Source of the DNA: Bigelowiella natans CCMP2755
Taxonomy: Eukaryota; Protista; Cercozoa
Direction of reading: 5' to 3'
NCBI GenBank assembly: GCA_000320545.1
Contig: ADNK01003117.1
Coordinates: 1-33,758, forward strand
Length of the DNA: 33,758 nucleotides
Of the stretch, positions 11,300 to 23,051 are shown piece by piece (positions within the stretch are counted from its first letter, which is position 1; every line of letters begins with the position of its first letter). The notes beneath the pieces were generated by a model. That model did no database searches. It was not told the origin of the DNA and worked only from the letters and a program-made list of their open reading frames with translations. A program made the position numbers and the translations under genes.

Positions 11300-12742
11300 A
11301 TGACCTTGCCCAACTTGTCAAAATCTGGTCTTCGCAGGCCTCGAAAACTTCTTGCGGCTGGAGGAACTGAAGCCCAGGTTAAATGTTGCATACTTTTAAT
11401 TCTTATAGTGTTTTGGAAGGCGCGGGTGTCCCCAGTTTGCACGCAACCACCATCGAGTTCTGAGTATCCACTGTTCCCCTTTTTTACTTCGCTGAGTCTC
11501 CCTGAGAGATCCTGCTCTCACACACTGCCTCCACTTAAATTGCCAACGGATTATACATGTCAAGCAGTTCTTGGGTTTTTCTTCCTATGGAAGCTGAAGC
11601 ATAGTTTCTAAACATAAAGGTCACGTCTATCCTGGAAAGAGACACCAGATACAAGTTCCTCAAGACAAGGCAGTCACAGTTCAGCAGGTTCATTAAGGCT
11701 TTACGAGAACTCCTCAGCCATTATTCCAAGACGATTAGGGTGTGTAAGAGAGTTTCACAGTACGCATTGCCCATTTATTTCGAAACTCATTCCTCTCCAC
11801 ATGGTTTCCTCTCTTCCAACTTCCCAGACGTTCATGAAGACCCACGAGCACCTTCGAGAAGAAAATACGAATGGCAAGAGCTTCAAGCAAAAGCTGACGT
11901 CCTGCAAGAAAACCTACGAGACCGCCATTGAGCAGCTGCTTGAAAAGGCATATCACGAAGCTAAAGAAGAGGCGATTACCACTCGAATCGCCGCCTTTTC
12001 TTCTCAGGATGGGGGAGAAGCTTCACCTCCACGACTTATGACTTCTTCCAGGAGCACTCGGCAGGCGAATAGCGCCAGCTGCTCCTCCTCCGTATCCTCC
12101 TCCTCGCGCAATGGCTGTGAGCACGGAAAACGCTTGAACTTTAAAAGGGAGCAGGTTTATTATCTCAGCAAGTGGTTTGAGGTAGAATGCGGCGTGATGC
12201 AATGGCCAATTAATGCAATAGTAGTAGCAGTAGTAGTCGTAATAGTAGTAGTACACGCGACACAACAAATATGGCACAGAACATGAGAAGATTTTCCATT
12301 GTGGTCTTCGATATATGCATCAAAAAGCTGAGCAGACTTGTGTCTACCAAAAACGTAGGAGCATGTTGATGATCCGTATCCGTCACCAAATACGAAATTC
12401 GAACTGGCACGGCAGAGCGGGTTGTCTTTCAAGCAAGTCAGCAATTGGTATTATTGATTTCACAGCACACAAATACAGGCGACACGCGGTTTGTGTTTTA
12501 CTCATACTAAAATACACACTTTTAAAAGGTTCATAAACGCTAGATCGAGGAGACTTAGCTCCCAGGACAAAAAGGCAATAATCCAAATTACTATTTACCC
12601 AATGTTGCTAACCTTCGCGATGAGGACAAATGCTGAATATTGCATTCAATATTCTTATGCTAATAATTCCTTACACTTCTTACATATATCAGAAATTGAG
12701 ACGGGCATACTGATTGCGAATTTGTGCGACTTATACCGTTGA
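11300..12742 (+). CDS. TALE-class homeodomain transcription factor with an upstream PBC-like helical region
   Basis: Exons 11620-11739, 11828-12181, 12359-12447 and 12529 onward splice to KRLNFKREQVYYLSKWFEEHVDDPYPSPNTKFELARQSGLSFKQVSNWFINARSRRL, which has the PYP loop extension and WFINAR. The first exon (11300-11377) is tentative. The stop is at 12742, or at 12713 via a GC-AG intron. Confidence 0.9.
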
Positions 12743-13898
12743 TACTTTGATGCTGGGGTTGTCTGTCTCTCCCACACCGTCGCTACCCACTCCCCTTATT
12801 CCACCATGTTTACTGAGCTGTTAAAGTCGTCCATCTTTAATCAAATGATTTCATGATGTAGAGAACATAAGAGCAAAATGCAGATCGCGAGAAAGTAAAA
12901 TATTAACTGTTTCTATTTGCTGGCGGGTGATATCACCTGAAATAGCACCCTAATTGCAATCTTCACGTCCAGACGTCCATTTTTCACCATTTCTATGGCA
13001 CAGTGGCTTAGACTGGTCAATCTAGCAATGTACACGTAATTTTGCCGAGTTACATATTTTTGTAGTCAGAGCATTAGCTGCGTTGTATCGACAGTCCGTA
13101 TGTTCGTAGTTCATGCAGATGTACACAATGTCTCCACTAACTCAAATTAGCCACATGCATGTGTGGATTAGTCGATCTCGTCTGGCATAACACCATCCTA
13201 CATGTGACGCAGTGTTGCTGTCGCCATCATTTAGTACTCACTAAACACAGCATGTCTAGATGTAAGCGCCTGTAGTGCGGCGAGCTAATGCACAGCTCAT
13301 CACACAATCCTGGCAATTGATGACCATCCACATCATGCCAGCAAGCAAGCCAACAACATGAACAAACCGTCATGAGTGCAACAGCTAACTAGCTAGCTAG
13401 ACAGACAGCTAGACAGGCACGCTGCCATGCGAGTGGGCTTGTGCAAACGCCTCGACTCAGCACATTCTGCACGCAGTGCACACCGACACTTTTGCACATG
13501 ACACACGTGTGCAATGTTCAATGCCCCCAGGAGCACAAGACGTGCTAGCGTGGATGTGTGTGAACGTTGAACATTGAACTTCGCAATCAGAGTTCAAAAC
13601 AAACACACAACTACATACTGAAGATTGTACGTGGGACAAAACTGGACAAGCGTGTGCATGCCATGGCTGCCTGAAGACTCACAAATACGCAACATCATCA
13701 ACGAAAGAATGTAGGTAAAGTGAGAAAGAAGTGTTTGCACATGGCAGATGAGGGCCCACATCGCGTTTCCAACTAGGAATGGGATCTGAGTATGTCGCAG
13801 GGGGAAAATATAGAGCATTTCCTAGAATTTCCTAGGATTTCATATTCTTCGATGCCAGAAGCTGATTGCCCAAGTCGGACCGGATCCCTCACAACGAA

Positions 13899-15248
13899 AT
13901 GGGCCTTGAGAAAGGCCAGAACGTCCCCGCAACCTCGGAGATGAGCACAAGCGACTCGAAGAATATGCCTTACGATGACAGAGGTGCGAGGAACAAGGTG
14001 CTCAAGAAAACCAAAGTGCTGAAAAAAAACATCAAGCACATGGCTCTCGATTCCAAAAAAACCGGGTCGACTAGTACGCTCAAAACGCCGCCAAGCGAGC
14101 TGAATTCTGCTGAGGATAGAAGGAAGAAGGGCACTCTCCTCAAGTTGAAACTCAAACGGGTGGACTCCATGCTCATAGCTAGAGGAGGAACCGTGCAAGA
14201 ATCTACATGCAACCGCTACTGCTCTAGTGTACCAAGCATTGTCATCGCCTGGGAACTCGTTTCTGATGCACTGAAACAGGCAGCTATTCGAGACGAAAGG
14301 AGCAAATCGTGCGCAGATTTTTGGAATCTCATCCTTGTGTACATCGTCACTATCCCTTTCGAATTGTATCGATATTTGTCCGTGCGCTGTGCTATGGCCA
14401 AGCTGACAGTGGTATTCGCCATCGACCTGTGGGACACCCTCACCGACGTCATCCTGCTCAACGAATTCCGAAATGAGGGGAGCGACATCGTAGGTTGGTT
14501 GTCGATAGCACTGGCTTTTGGAATTTGGAACCTTACATTCGAGGCGATCACCCTTTATCGAGGCCACGCGTACGTCACAGACCAGCAATTCGGCCACCTA
14601 TACGGTGCAGGCGTGCGTACGCGAGAAGGGGTTCCAGGCAGGGTAGATCACTTTCTACTTTCTGGACTGTTCTCCCTAGCACGTAACGTCTCAGAGGATG
14701 GCTTGGTAATGATCGCAGGTCTGCTACGAGGTCAGCAAATCTCAGGCATGATAGATCGCATCTCCTACGGGACATCGCTGGTGCTCGTAGCCCACTCCAT
14801 TGTGCAGCAGGTCAGAGGCCTGATCCCTGGGTTTTGCTACATGATTCCGGAGAACTATCGTCACAAGGGGTTCGTTGCTGCATTCCAGATATTCACCGTG
14901 GTCGCTTTGCCCTTGCTGCTGGCTTCGCTGGTGATGATCGTGCTCTGGACTCAGTTCTTGGCGTTGTTCTTCCGGGGCGCGGAGTACGAAAGTTGGGAAC
15001 GCGATCTGCTCCACGCGGCAGGCTCGGCCATTGTTTTCGCATCGCTAGTGTCCTTGTTTGGGCTACAAACGGTGTTTTCTTCAGTGAGGGACTCATCTGG
15101 TGACGTCACTGCGGAAGAGGGACCCTTCGGGGCATCTATCAGCATCGAGGAAGCGGAAAATGCCAAGCACGCAGCAGCCCTTCGACTAAAAGACACCATA
15201 ATTGAAGACATAGAGCGTCGATATTACTGCGCCAATTGCTGCTGTTAG
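13899..15248 (+). CDS. Intronless multi-pass membrane protein (about 6-8 TM) of unknown function, ending YYCANCCC
   Basis: Open frame 13866-15248 with the first in-frame ATG at 13899. A Lys-rich hydrophilic N-terminus is followed by several hydrophobic segments (e.g. LTVVFAIDLWDTLTDVILL, IVGWLSIALAFGIW, FVAAFQIFTVVALPLLLASLVMIVLW). Confidence 0.75.
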   Translation: MGLEKGQNVPATSEMSTSDSKNMPYDDRGARNKVLKKTKVLKKNIKHMALDSKKTGSTSTLKTPPSELNSAEDRRKKGTLLKLKLKRVDSMLIARGGTVQESTCNRYCSSVPSIVIAWELVSDALKQAAIRDERSKSCADFWNLILVYIVTIPFELYRYLSVRCAMAKLTVVFAIDLWDTLTDVILLNEFRNEGSDIVGWLSIALAFGIWNLTFEAITLYRGHAYVTDQQFGHLYGAGVRTREGVPGRVDHFLLSGLFSLARNVSEDGLVMIAGLLRGQQISGMIDRISYGTSLVLVAHSIVQQVRGLIPGFCYMIPENYRHKGFVAAFQIFTVVALPLLLASLVMIVLWTQFLALFFRGAEYESWERDLLHAAGSAIVFASLVSLFGLQTVFSSVRDSSGDVTAEEGPFGASISIEEAENAKHAAALRLKDTIIEDIERRYYCANCCC

Positions 15249-15969
15249 ACCGATAATCGTGGCCGCACCAGCTAGCAAGTTACGTCACTGCTTATTTTTG
15301 ATGTATTTGGAGGGTGCGCTAGCATAACAGCCCAGGGCTCATGTTTGTGCTTCTAGCATCATCTTCAGCAGCCAGCAGCTATGACACGTACGAAACATGC
15401 CCCCAGAGCAAGAGTATGGCACGCAAAATTACATGCTCATATATGCATACAAATTGTAATGAAAAATGATTACAACTAGACAAACCGAATTCGATTAGCT
15501 GTCAGCTTATCATGCGCATGCAGCGTACGTTTCGTACGAGCACAGAGTGCCTTCTTATCTCATTAATTTGCGATGGTATCTCACATTTTGGCGAATGTCG
15601 GCGACATAAAATTGCCCATACAGCCGGCACTGAAATCTACGCAACGGGTAGCTATTCGCAGAAATCGTAGAGCACAGCCAATTAGCCTTTATGAAATCTA
15701 AAATCTTGTTGCATTCATTCTAGCCATTATTCGACTCGCTTAAATCTTCGATTCACACATTTGATCGGCCCAACACGTGTGGACACACGCCATGATTATC
15801 GATGCTGCTAGCTCGCCTTACTTAGAATCTACTAGCAAGTATGCACAGCAAGGTTGACGCAACCGCATAAACTAACTCATGCCACAAAAGGAAGGCCGAA
15901 TGGCAGCCTTAGAATGACCACTCGTGCGACGTCATCCTAAAGCGAAATATCGATTCCTCTTAAACGTGA

Positions 15970-18900
15970 CTATTGAAGCTTGAAGCTGCCAATCCGTTGA
16001 TTCTCAGAGGGGAGCAGATCTGGTTCCCGATCGAAGCTCGTCGTTGGCATGTAGTCGTCGTCTAAATGACCATCGACAAACTCTTTCTTCTTCTTCTTCT
16101 TCGGCAGCGTTCTCGTTCTATTCTGATTGCTAAGTTGACTGTCTTTCGCTCTTTTCCCAGTGGATACAATGGCCGCCTTGTACTCTTCTTCCACTTTAGA
16201 CAAACTGATATGCGCGATATAACGACTTAGTTAGATCGGCACCGTGGCTATTCTTGAAAATATGCACATTCGGCTGATACTGGACGCGTGCAGCAGCCAA
16301 CGGTGATCGGAGCACAACAAAAATGCATAGGATTACTGCAAACACTTGCCTCGTCGCTTTCCTCGATTGGAATTTAGTGGAATTGACGAAAGCAAAAAGC
16401 AATTAGCATTCATGAGATTTCTAGTCATCTTCCTATTGCTCACCTCCCCTCCACATCCCAGCCGTCCGTGGTGCGTTCGTCAAAATCCCCCTTATAGCGA
16501 TATTAGAGATAGTAGTAGTAGTAGCAGTAATGGATACCACTCGCAGAATCAGTAGGTTTACAGTGATGTTGGCTTTTTGAATTGAGAAAGGCGATCAATT
16601 TGCACTGGTGACATTGAGGAGAAATAAATGATATTCACGTATATATATTTTGCATCATAGAACTCTAAAGCTACATACCTTCTTGGCGTCCCAGCGCACA
16701 GCATCTGTGTACAGCACCAAGCCCTCTGCGCCATGCTTGTCCCATGGATTATCAACCTTCACAACGACGACGATGGTGAGAAAACAATTGTGGATTCTTT
16801 GCTGTTCTCTTGTTGTCAATGGTAGTAACGAACGACGGTGGAACATAATGGTGGTGGTTGGGGTCATTTAGTTTCATAGAAAGAAGACCGCAGGGCACCG
16901 CAGAAATTATGCCAGATACAACTATACAAAATGAGAGAGCGCGCGTCTGGCAAAGGATGTTGGCGATAACGATTACTCGTTCTTAGATTTCCGCCCCTCC
17001 TTTTCTGTCTGTATAACGGACGGCTTTCATCATACCAGGCGACGAACGACACCACAAACCTACCTTGGATTCGAACAGCCTTTCGTCATTTACCTTGCCA
17101 AGGAGCCGTCTGCGGATCACCAAAATAAGCACCAACACACACAACGCGTGAGCAGTTGACCCCCTCTCTCGACAGCATCGTTGCGGTCGTCATCATCAAC
17201 ACCAACACCAAACCACCTACCCTTGGTCAAGAATGGGGTCGCAGCCGAGGTGCCTGTTCAGGAAGACATGTAAGGCTGATGGTCTGTACCGCAGAAGCAT
17301 CGAAGTTGTCGTCACGACAGCAATAATAACAATTTGCATCATCATCGCCATCATCATCATCATCATCTTCTTCTTCTTCATCGTCTTCCTAATCATCGAT
17401 GATGAGTGCAGAGGCTAACCGATCCCATTCCTCTGGAGTATTCCGCTCGTTCGCGCGTTCCACCCGACGCATTCGCTGTATCTTATCATCGTCGTCCTGA
17501 GAGATCAGACGCACCAATAAAAACCAACGGATCTTCCACCACACTCCCCCACCCTTCCACCGCCCGGTGACATCGTGATTGTATGAGCACAAAGCTTCAC
17601 TATCAGCGACAGCATCACAATGGGGCACTAGTGCTCGTCGTCGTGAGCGTTTATGGCGACGAGATTTGTCATTATGCTACTAGCAACTACAAGTACTAGT
17701 TGTTACTTCTACTACTAGTAGTATTACTACTTTCTACTACTACTACTGCTGCTGCTTGTCGGGTACCAATGGATGTGTCTCGTAAAGCCATAGGAAGTTC
17801 TTGTCGCGATATCTACGATGATGAGCAGTGCCGTATGCAGCTTTGTCTTTTCCGCTTCTACCTTGGGCGTCGCCCCCCCCCCCCTCTGCTACTATCCCGA
17901 GGCGCTTTAGGAGACCGGCTGGAAAGCCTTCCTCCCTCTCAGCGGAAAGCCGTAGTATATGCGACGGCGTGCCGACAAATCCACCTGGGAGGCCGGGGGG
18001 GGGCGACAGCTCACCGGCTCTGATCGCAGCCTACGTGGCAGGATAATGGAGGAACACATGGCAACGACGATCGATGATGAATAATAACGATGGTTGCGGT
18101 AATGATGATGAGGAGAACAGGGAGGGGGGGGTCGGAGAAGGTTAAGGGGAGGAAAACCGAACGTAGTAGGAAAAAGCAACACGTGTATTGGATGACTATA
18201 GTTGTGCAATTTCCATTGTCATCATTGCCATCATCATCATCATCATCACCAGCATTCCCACCTGTTCCCCCCCTTGCTTCATATTTGACTACCTCAATCT
18301 CATCTAGGCCCTCCTCCTCCTCCATCTCCCCCTCCCCAGTAATTTTGCTCGCTTGCAATGTTTTCAGGGCTCTTATCCGACGTTCCTTATTAGATAGATG
18401 GTGCTGCTGCTGCCGAATACGGACGCGACTCGAAAGAAGATGCTGTACTAATGTCGTTGCTGGTGGAATCTTCTCAAGATTGGAAGAGAGAGGTATGCGT
18501 CTCACTCGGCAGCACTGCGAAGACAGCTGTCGAAAACTGCCGTACTTGCTACTGCCGCTTCTGTCGTGGCTGTCTCCTCCACTCGTTACTCGCCATGGCA
18601 AGCCGTTGAATCTTAGAAATGCCTCGACTCCGCTTGATCGAAGAATTACAAGGCAGCAGCGATGGCGGTTTCCATACACGTTGCTAAGTGCCGTCGTCGT
18701 CGTCGCCGCCGCCCTCGGAAGCTTTGCGCTGCTTTGTCGGTGACGGAAGTGGAACATGAGGAAGAATCCGGCCTCTACCCACGAAGAAAAGTACGACCGG
18801 AGATCGCGCGAACGCCTAAGAAAAACAAAATTATGTACCTGTTTGCATTGTGTTGTGATGTGAATCGTATGTATGTGCGAAAGGTAAGAGGGGGTGGGGG

Positions 18901-19649
18901 GGATGGAGGACCATTCTCTTGGTATTGACTCGACCAAGATCACTTCTCCGCCGTCTTTACAGACTTCATCAGAGGGGGTATCAGGAGGCTCCGGACGCAC
19001 AAAGTAGTCCTTTCTGTCGTTTGGAAAAGTTTCACGAGAAGAAATGGGATTCTTGGTGCCTGGAGACGGTGTGGTGGAGGAGGAGGAGGAGGAGGTCATA
19101 ATATTGCTAAGAGGGTCTTCCTTCCTCCTCCTCTTCTTTTTCTTCTTCTTTTTCTTTAGCTTCTGCTTTTCTGTTCTATTTATTCCTAGCTCTTTGCAGT
19201 TGCTGGTCTCGCACGGCTCTGACATCCTATTCCTTCTTTCCTCGCCAATGCGAACAAGAAAAGGTGCTGGAACAACGTCATTGGGTTCCCTTGCCCGATG
19301 TCTAATCTGCGCCTCATCGTTATTCCTACTTTCAACATGCATCTTGGCCTTCTTCCCAGGAAGCTTATAGCCCAACCCTAACTTATCCGGTCTCTGCTCG
19401 CCAAGAACAGGCTCTAATCTACCCTGTTCCGACCTTCCTAGCCCCCTTCCGCTGCTACATGGTAAGACAACAGTGAATGGTGAGGGGGAACGAAGGAGTA
19501 ATAAAATCCCAGATTACTTAATTTACTTGGAAAATTTTGGTGTTGGCGAGGAAATGGTAGGAGACAAACCTGTAACCCATCGATGCCACAATCTTTAGGA
19601 TTTTATCCGAAGGCCTCCATGGTTCTTCAGGTGACGAGGAGGCGGCCAT
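15970..19649 (-). CDS. GPATCH3: G-patch domain-containing protein 3 homologue, multi-exon, G-patch at the N-terminus
   Basis: Exon 19649-19570 plus the exon from 19454 give the G-patch KIVASMGYSSGRGLGRSEQGRLEPV...KLGLGY. Later exons give GPATCH3 blocks in order: IPREWRSRDLRSYFSSW...FHFRHR, RCCLVIL, ELSPPPGLPGGFVGTP (18030-17893), EEWDRH, RLFESKVDNPWDKHGAEGLVLYTDA (17109-17064, 16756-16679), GDFDERTTDGWDV (16490-16444). The last exon is 16204-15970. Junctions around 17500-17800 are uncertain. Confidence 0.85.
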
Positions 19650-20064
19650 AGTTCTCTCCTCGGACGGCTTCGCAGTGAATTGGAAAATTGCAAAGAATAA
19701 TCTAGATCAAATTTTTATGGTAAATTTTACTAATAATAAATATAAAATATTAATATATTTCTCAGAAATTCAATCGAAATACAACTTGCTCCTTCTCCAT
19801 AAAAAGGTTCCGAACAGCCGGAAACTTCCTAAGTAATATGTGCCCTAAGGCGCGTTTCGCGTTCTGATCGATACGAGGATTTCTGTTCTACGACTGTACA
19901 CTTGCTATTGTCGCAGAGTAAAAACTCTGGTATTGACAGCCGCATTAAGAGAGTATATTGTTGTCGCAGTATATAATTGGCGTGTGTTTTTCGTGTTCGT
20001 CGACCTCGTCATCGCCGTACCACACATCCCTCCGGAGAAGAATCGTTCGTGCGAGGAGGTCGAT
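19650..20064. promoter_or_regulatory. Putative bidirectional promoter for GPATCH3 and EAPP
   Basis: 415 bp separate the divergent ATGs. There is an AT-rich tract at about 19710-19760 and a TCTAGATC motif at 19701. Confidence 0.55.
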
Positions 20065-20650
20065 ATGGGGAAGGATACTATGGAGCCTAATAAAAAAATG
20101 GAAGAGGACAACGGCGCTGGTGAAGCGACAGTCAATAGCAGCTTAGGCGGAGGGGGTCAAATGCGAGTAGGAAGCGGCCGAAAACGGGCCGTCATTCCTT
20201 CCGGTACCGTAAAAGTGCGAACAGACAACCTTCTCGAACCGCAGAGAGGCGCGGCCGCCGACTCTACAGACAAGAAGCAAATATCTTCTCACTCTCAGAG
20301 GTATATAATGAACTGGCGACGCTAAATCGCTGATTGGACGTGCATTGATACGTCTGCCCCTCCGCTGAGCAAAATATATCTCAGGAGGATGAAGCGTCCA
20401 GTACCAGGCTCTTTCTCTATCAGAGCCAAAACGTAATGCTGCGAAATCTTTATTAAGTTGCAATTGTGATATCTATTGAGAGGGCTCGAGTTAATATTTA
20501 ACGATTGTGTTCTCATTGACGATTCGTTTATCAGCAGTGGAGACGCCAAGAGGCAGTCGGCTGCTGCTACGATAGCATCTGCTGCGGCGGCGGACAACGA
20601 GCCTCTTAAATACGGAAAGGAACCCGATCCGCTCTATGACGATAAACTAG

Positions 20651-20691
<41 letters not shown>

Positions 20692-22187
20692 GTCAGAGCC
20701 GATACTCATCATCTTATCGTTTCGCCCCTCAGGATGATAATGACCAAAAATGGGTGCAAGACCGCTACCTTCCTCACACAGAACGGACATCGGACGCTGT
20801 GCTAAACTGCCCGGTACTGAAGCCTAGAAAGATGCGTGTGCGTGGGTGGTGGTTGCATTTTTGAATTGCTACACTGCTGCAAAGGGCCTTTCTCTTCAGT
20901 GTATAATTGCTACTCAACCATAGGCGTGTTTCACCGTGCTCTCTTTCGACTGCCAACGGTAATCCCACTGCGTTTGTGATGAAGTCGGTTTGGGGCCAGG
21001 AAGCAAAGCCTCGAAACCAAACTCTCTTGGAGAAGAAAGATGACTGGCGGCGGTGATTCTCTAATTATGTGTTGATGGTGTGTTGGGGTTTGTTTTATAT
21101 ATTTGCAGGCATTCGTATTATCCCAACCAATATCGGGCGATGTTTGTGCAAAACTGCAAAGTACGATGATGCGTGATGAGCATGGCATTACCACTACGTC
21201 GAAGACGATGATAGTAATGGTGGCGGTTAGGATGACAGCCGTCTCCACCTATTACCTATCTATATCTATCTCCTTGACCCGGGCGAGCGTGTTGTGCCCA
21301 TCATCATATTCATCGCGCGCGTTTGCTCGATAGGTGATGCTGAAGCAAACCACTCGTCCTGTGAAAGGAGACTCCGATCCGAATGCAATCTACCATCAAG
21401 GTGGTGAGAAGAAAACGCGTCCTGTTTCATATCTCCCTGGCCTATCTAGTTTTCCCGCTGTATTTCCGCTCGGATATTTTATGTGAATATATGAAAATGG
21501 TGCAGAGAAGTCTCAATTTGGCCTCGGCCCGTCGACATGAAACAAGATAATGGTGTCGCGCCGTGGCACGAGATCTACAAAAATCTGCTTGTTTATAGTA
21601 TAGTTCATGTTTCACGATTCCAAAGTGCGCTTTCTAGGCTTCACTGCTTGATAAACTACGATTTGTCTAACCTAACGATGTCTTCTGCACTACCTCCTCT
21701 CCGCGTTTGTTTGGCTATCCCGTCACCCATTCTTTTAGTGCATTGTGCGAAATGTGATCTATACGTCGCGGTGAGGGACATGGAGGAAATATACCATTTC
21801 TTCAACGTGCTCCCAAGGTCGGCAGCAGTTGTAATGCGTGTAACACTTGCTGGCTATCAGTGTCGTTCGTGTGTGCCTTCTTGATAGTGTAGTCATGTGC
21901 TTATTTGCAGAAAATCCGAATTCGTTCTTCTAATGTTTGCCCGTTGTCGTTTGTCTAACACGTGTGCCTTCTGGTATTCTGATGTTATCAATTAAATCCA
22001 AATCTCAGTGAAAACTCTGGGGACAAGAATGCCAAAAAGGCGAAGGTGGGCAGTGCCTACAGAGGCGAACAACAGCATCTAGTTACATCCATGTGTGTTT
22101 CTCAGTGTATATTGTGCCGCAAACTAACAATGTCGTTTCTCCTAACTTTGAATACACCAGAAGAAGATTCCTAAGCGTCAAATTTGA
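20065..22187 (+). CDS. EAPP: E2F-associated phosphoprotein (EAPP) homologue, about 10 exons
   Basis: Exons 20065-20300, 20385-20432, 20535-20649, 20733-20813, 20924-20958, 21109-21160, 21334-21400, 21739-21817, 22009-22045, 22161-22187 are all phase-consistent. They encode DPLYDDKLDDNDQKWV...SDAVLNCPACFTVLSFDCQRHSYYPNQYRAMFVQNC...YHQVHCAKCDLYVAVRDMEEIYHFFNVLP, the Eapp_C signature. The last two exons are less certain. Confidence 0.92.
20654..20689. repeat. (TA)n microsatellite right after an EAPP donor site
   Basis: Directly visible. Confidence 0.9.
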
Positions 22188-22420
22188 GCGCTCGACCGAA
22201 GAAATGTAATGGAAAACCAGAAAATTCGCGACGTTTTTGATACGGTGACATCGAATGATTGATATCTACGGCTGATAGCACCTAATGGCGTAGCCATTAT
22301 TGACAGCGAGCGTAATGACATTCTGACATTATGCCAAATTTAATTGCTTTCATTTATTCCCTTATTGATAACCACCCCAAAACTATTCTCAATCGCCCAC
22401 ACTGCGCTATTATTCAGACG

Positions 22421-22422
<2 letters not shown>

Positions 22423-22461
<39 letters not shown>
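22423..22461. repeat. (TA)n microsatellite
   Basis: Directly visible. Confidence 0.9.
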
Positions 22462-22466
<5 letters not shown>

Positions 22467-23051
22467 ACTATGTTATAATATTCTAGGCTTGACCTTTTTT
22501 TCGCAGCGTATCTGCATTGATTGACAATGAATTCACGTGTACATGATTCAGCCAGGGTCCGATACAGACTTAATTTACATATAGCGCTTATAGAGTATGA
22601 ACGTACATGTACGTGCACGCACAGCACAGCTTCTTAGTACAATAATAACAACGGATGGCAATATTTTGATAAGCTCGGCTAGCCGGTCATGACAACAACG
22701 TGATGCTTTGAGGCATTGCTTGGACTAAGCACGACTAGTCATGCAAAGCTACGCAAGTTGTGCAAAGGAGTAATGCAACAACAACATGTTGGGCGTTCTC
22801 TTTGGTACACACTGGCCGCTGCGTCTAGACACGCGCTCACGTTGCGCTACGCGACGCACGCTACTGATACCGTGTAAGCAAGCACCATGTTGTTCTACAC
22901 AAAGATTACTGCCATGATGAACAAGGTTTATCGCTATCGGACACAAGCTTGACCTCGATTTATTAATTCTAAGTTAAAAAAGGGGTTGTGCCGTTTAAGA
23001 AGCCTTCTGCTACTTGATTGCATTCTTGTTTCCGAATAGGTCTTCTATACT

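Noticed and set aside
11462-11495. EYPLFPFF resembling the KNOX/MEIS HPLFP motif
   Set aside because: Lies in probable intron sequence after a GT donor; too short to support.
13773-14597. 274-aa minus-strand ORF
   Set aside because: Antisense shadow of the plus-strand membrane protein; no recognisable motifs.
18090-18743. 217-aa plus-strand ORF
   Set aside because: Antisense to a GPATCH3 exon and low complexity.
18011-19375. 454-aa ORF as a standalone single-exon gene
   Set aside because: Part of GPATCH3. It reads through an in-frame intron (18816-18911) and low-complexity intron sequence, and lacks most of the G-patch.
19376-19649. N-terminal G-patch suggesting CMTR1
   Set aside because: No methyltransferase motifs follow; the downstream blocks are GPATCH3-specific.
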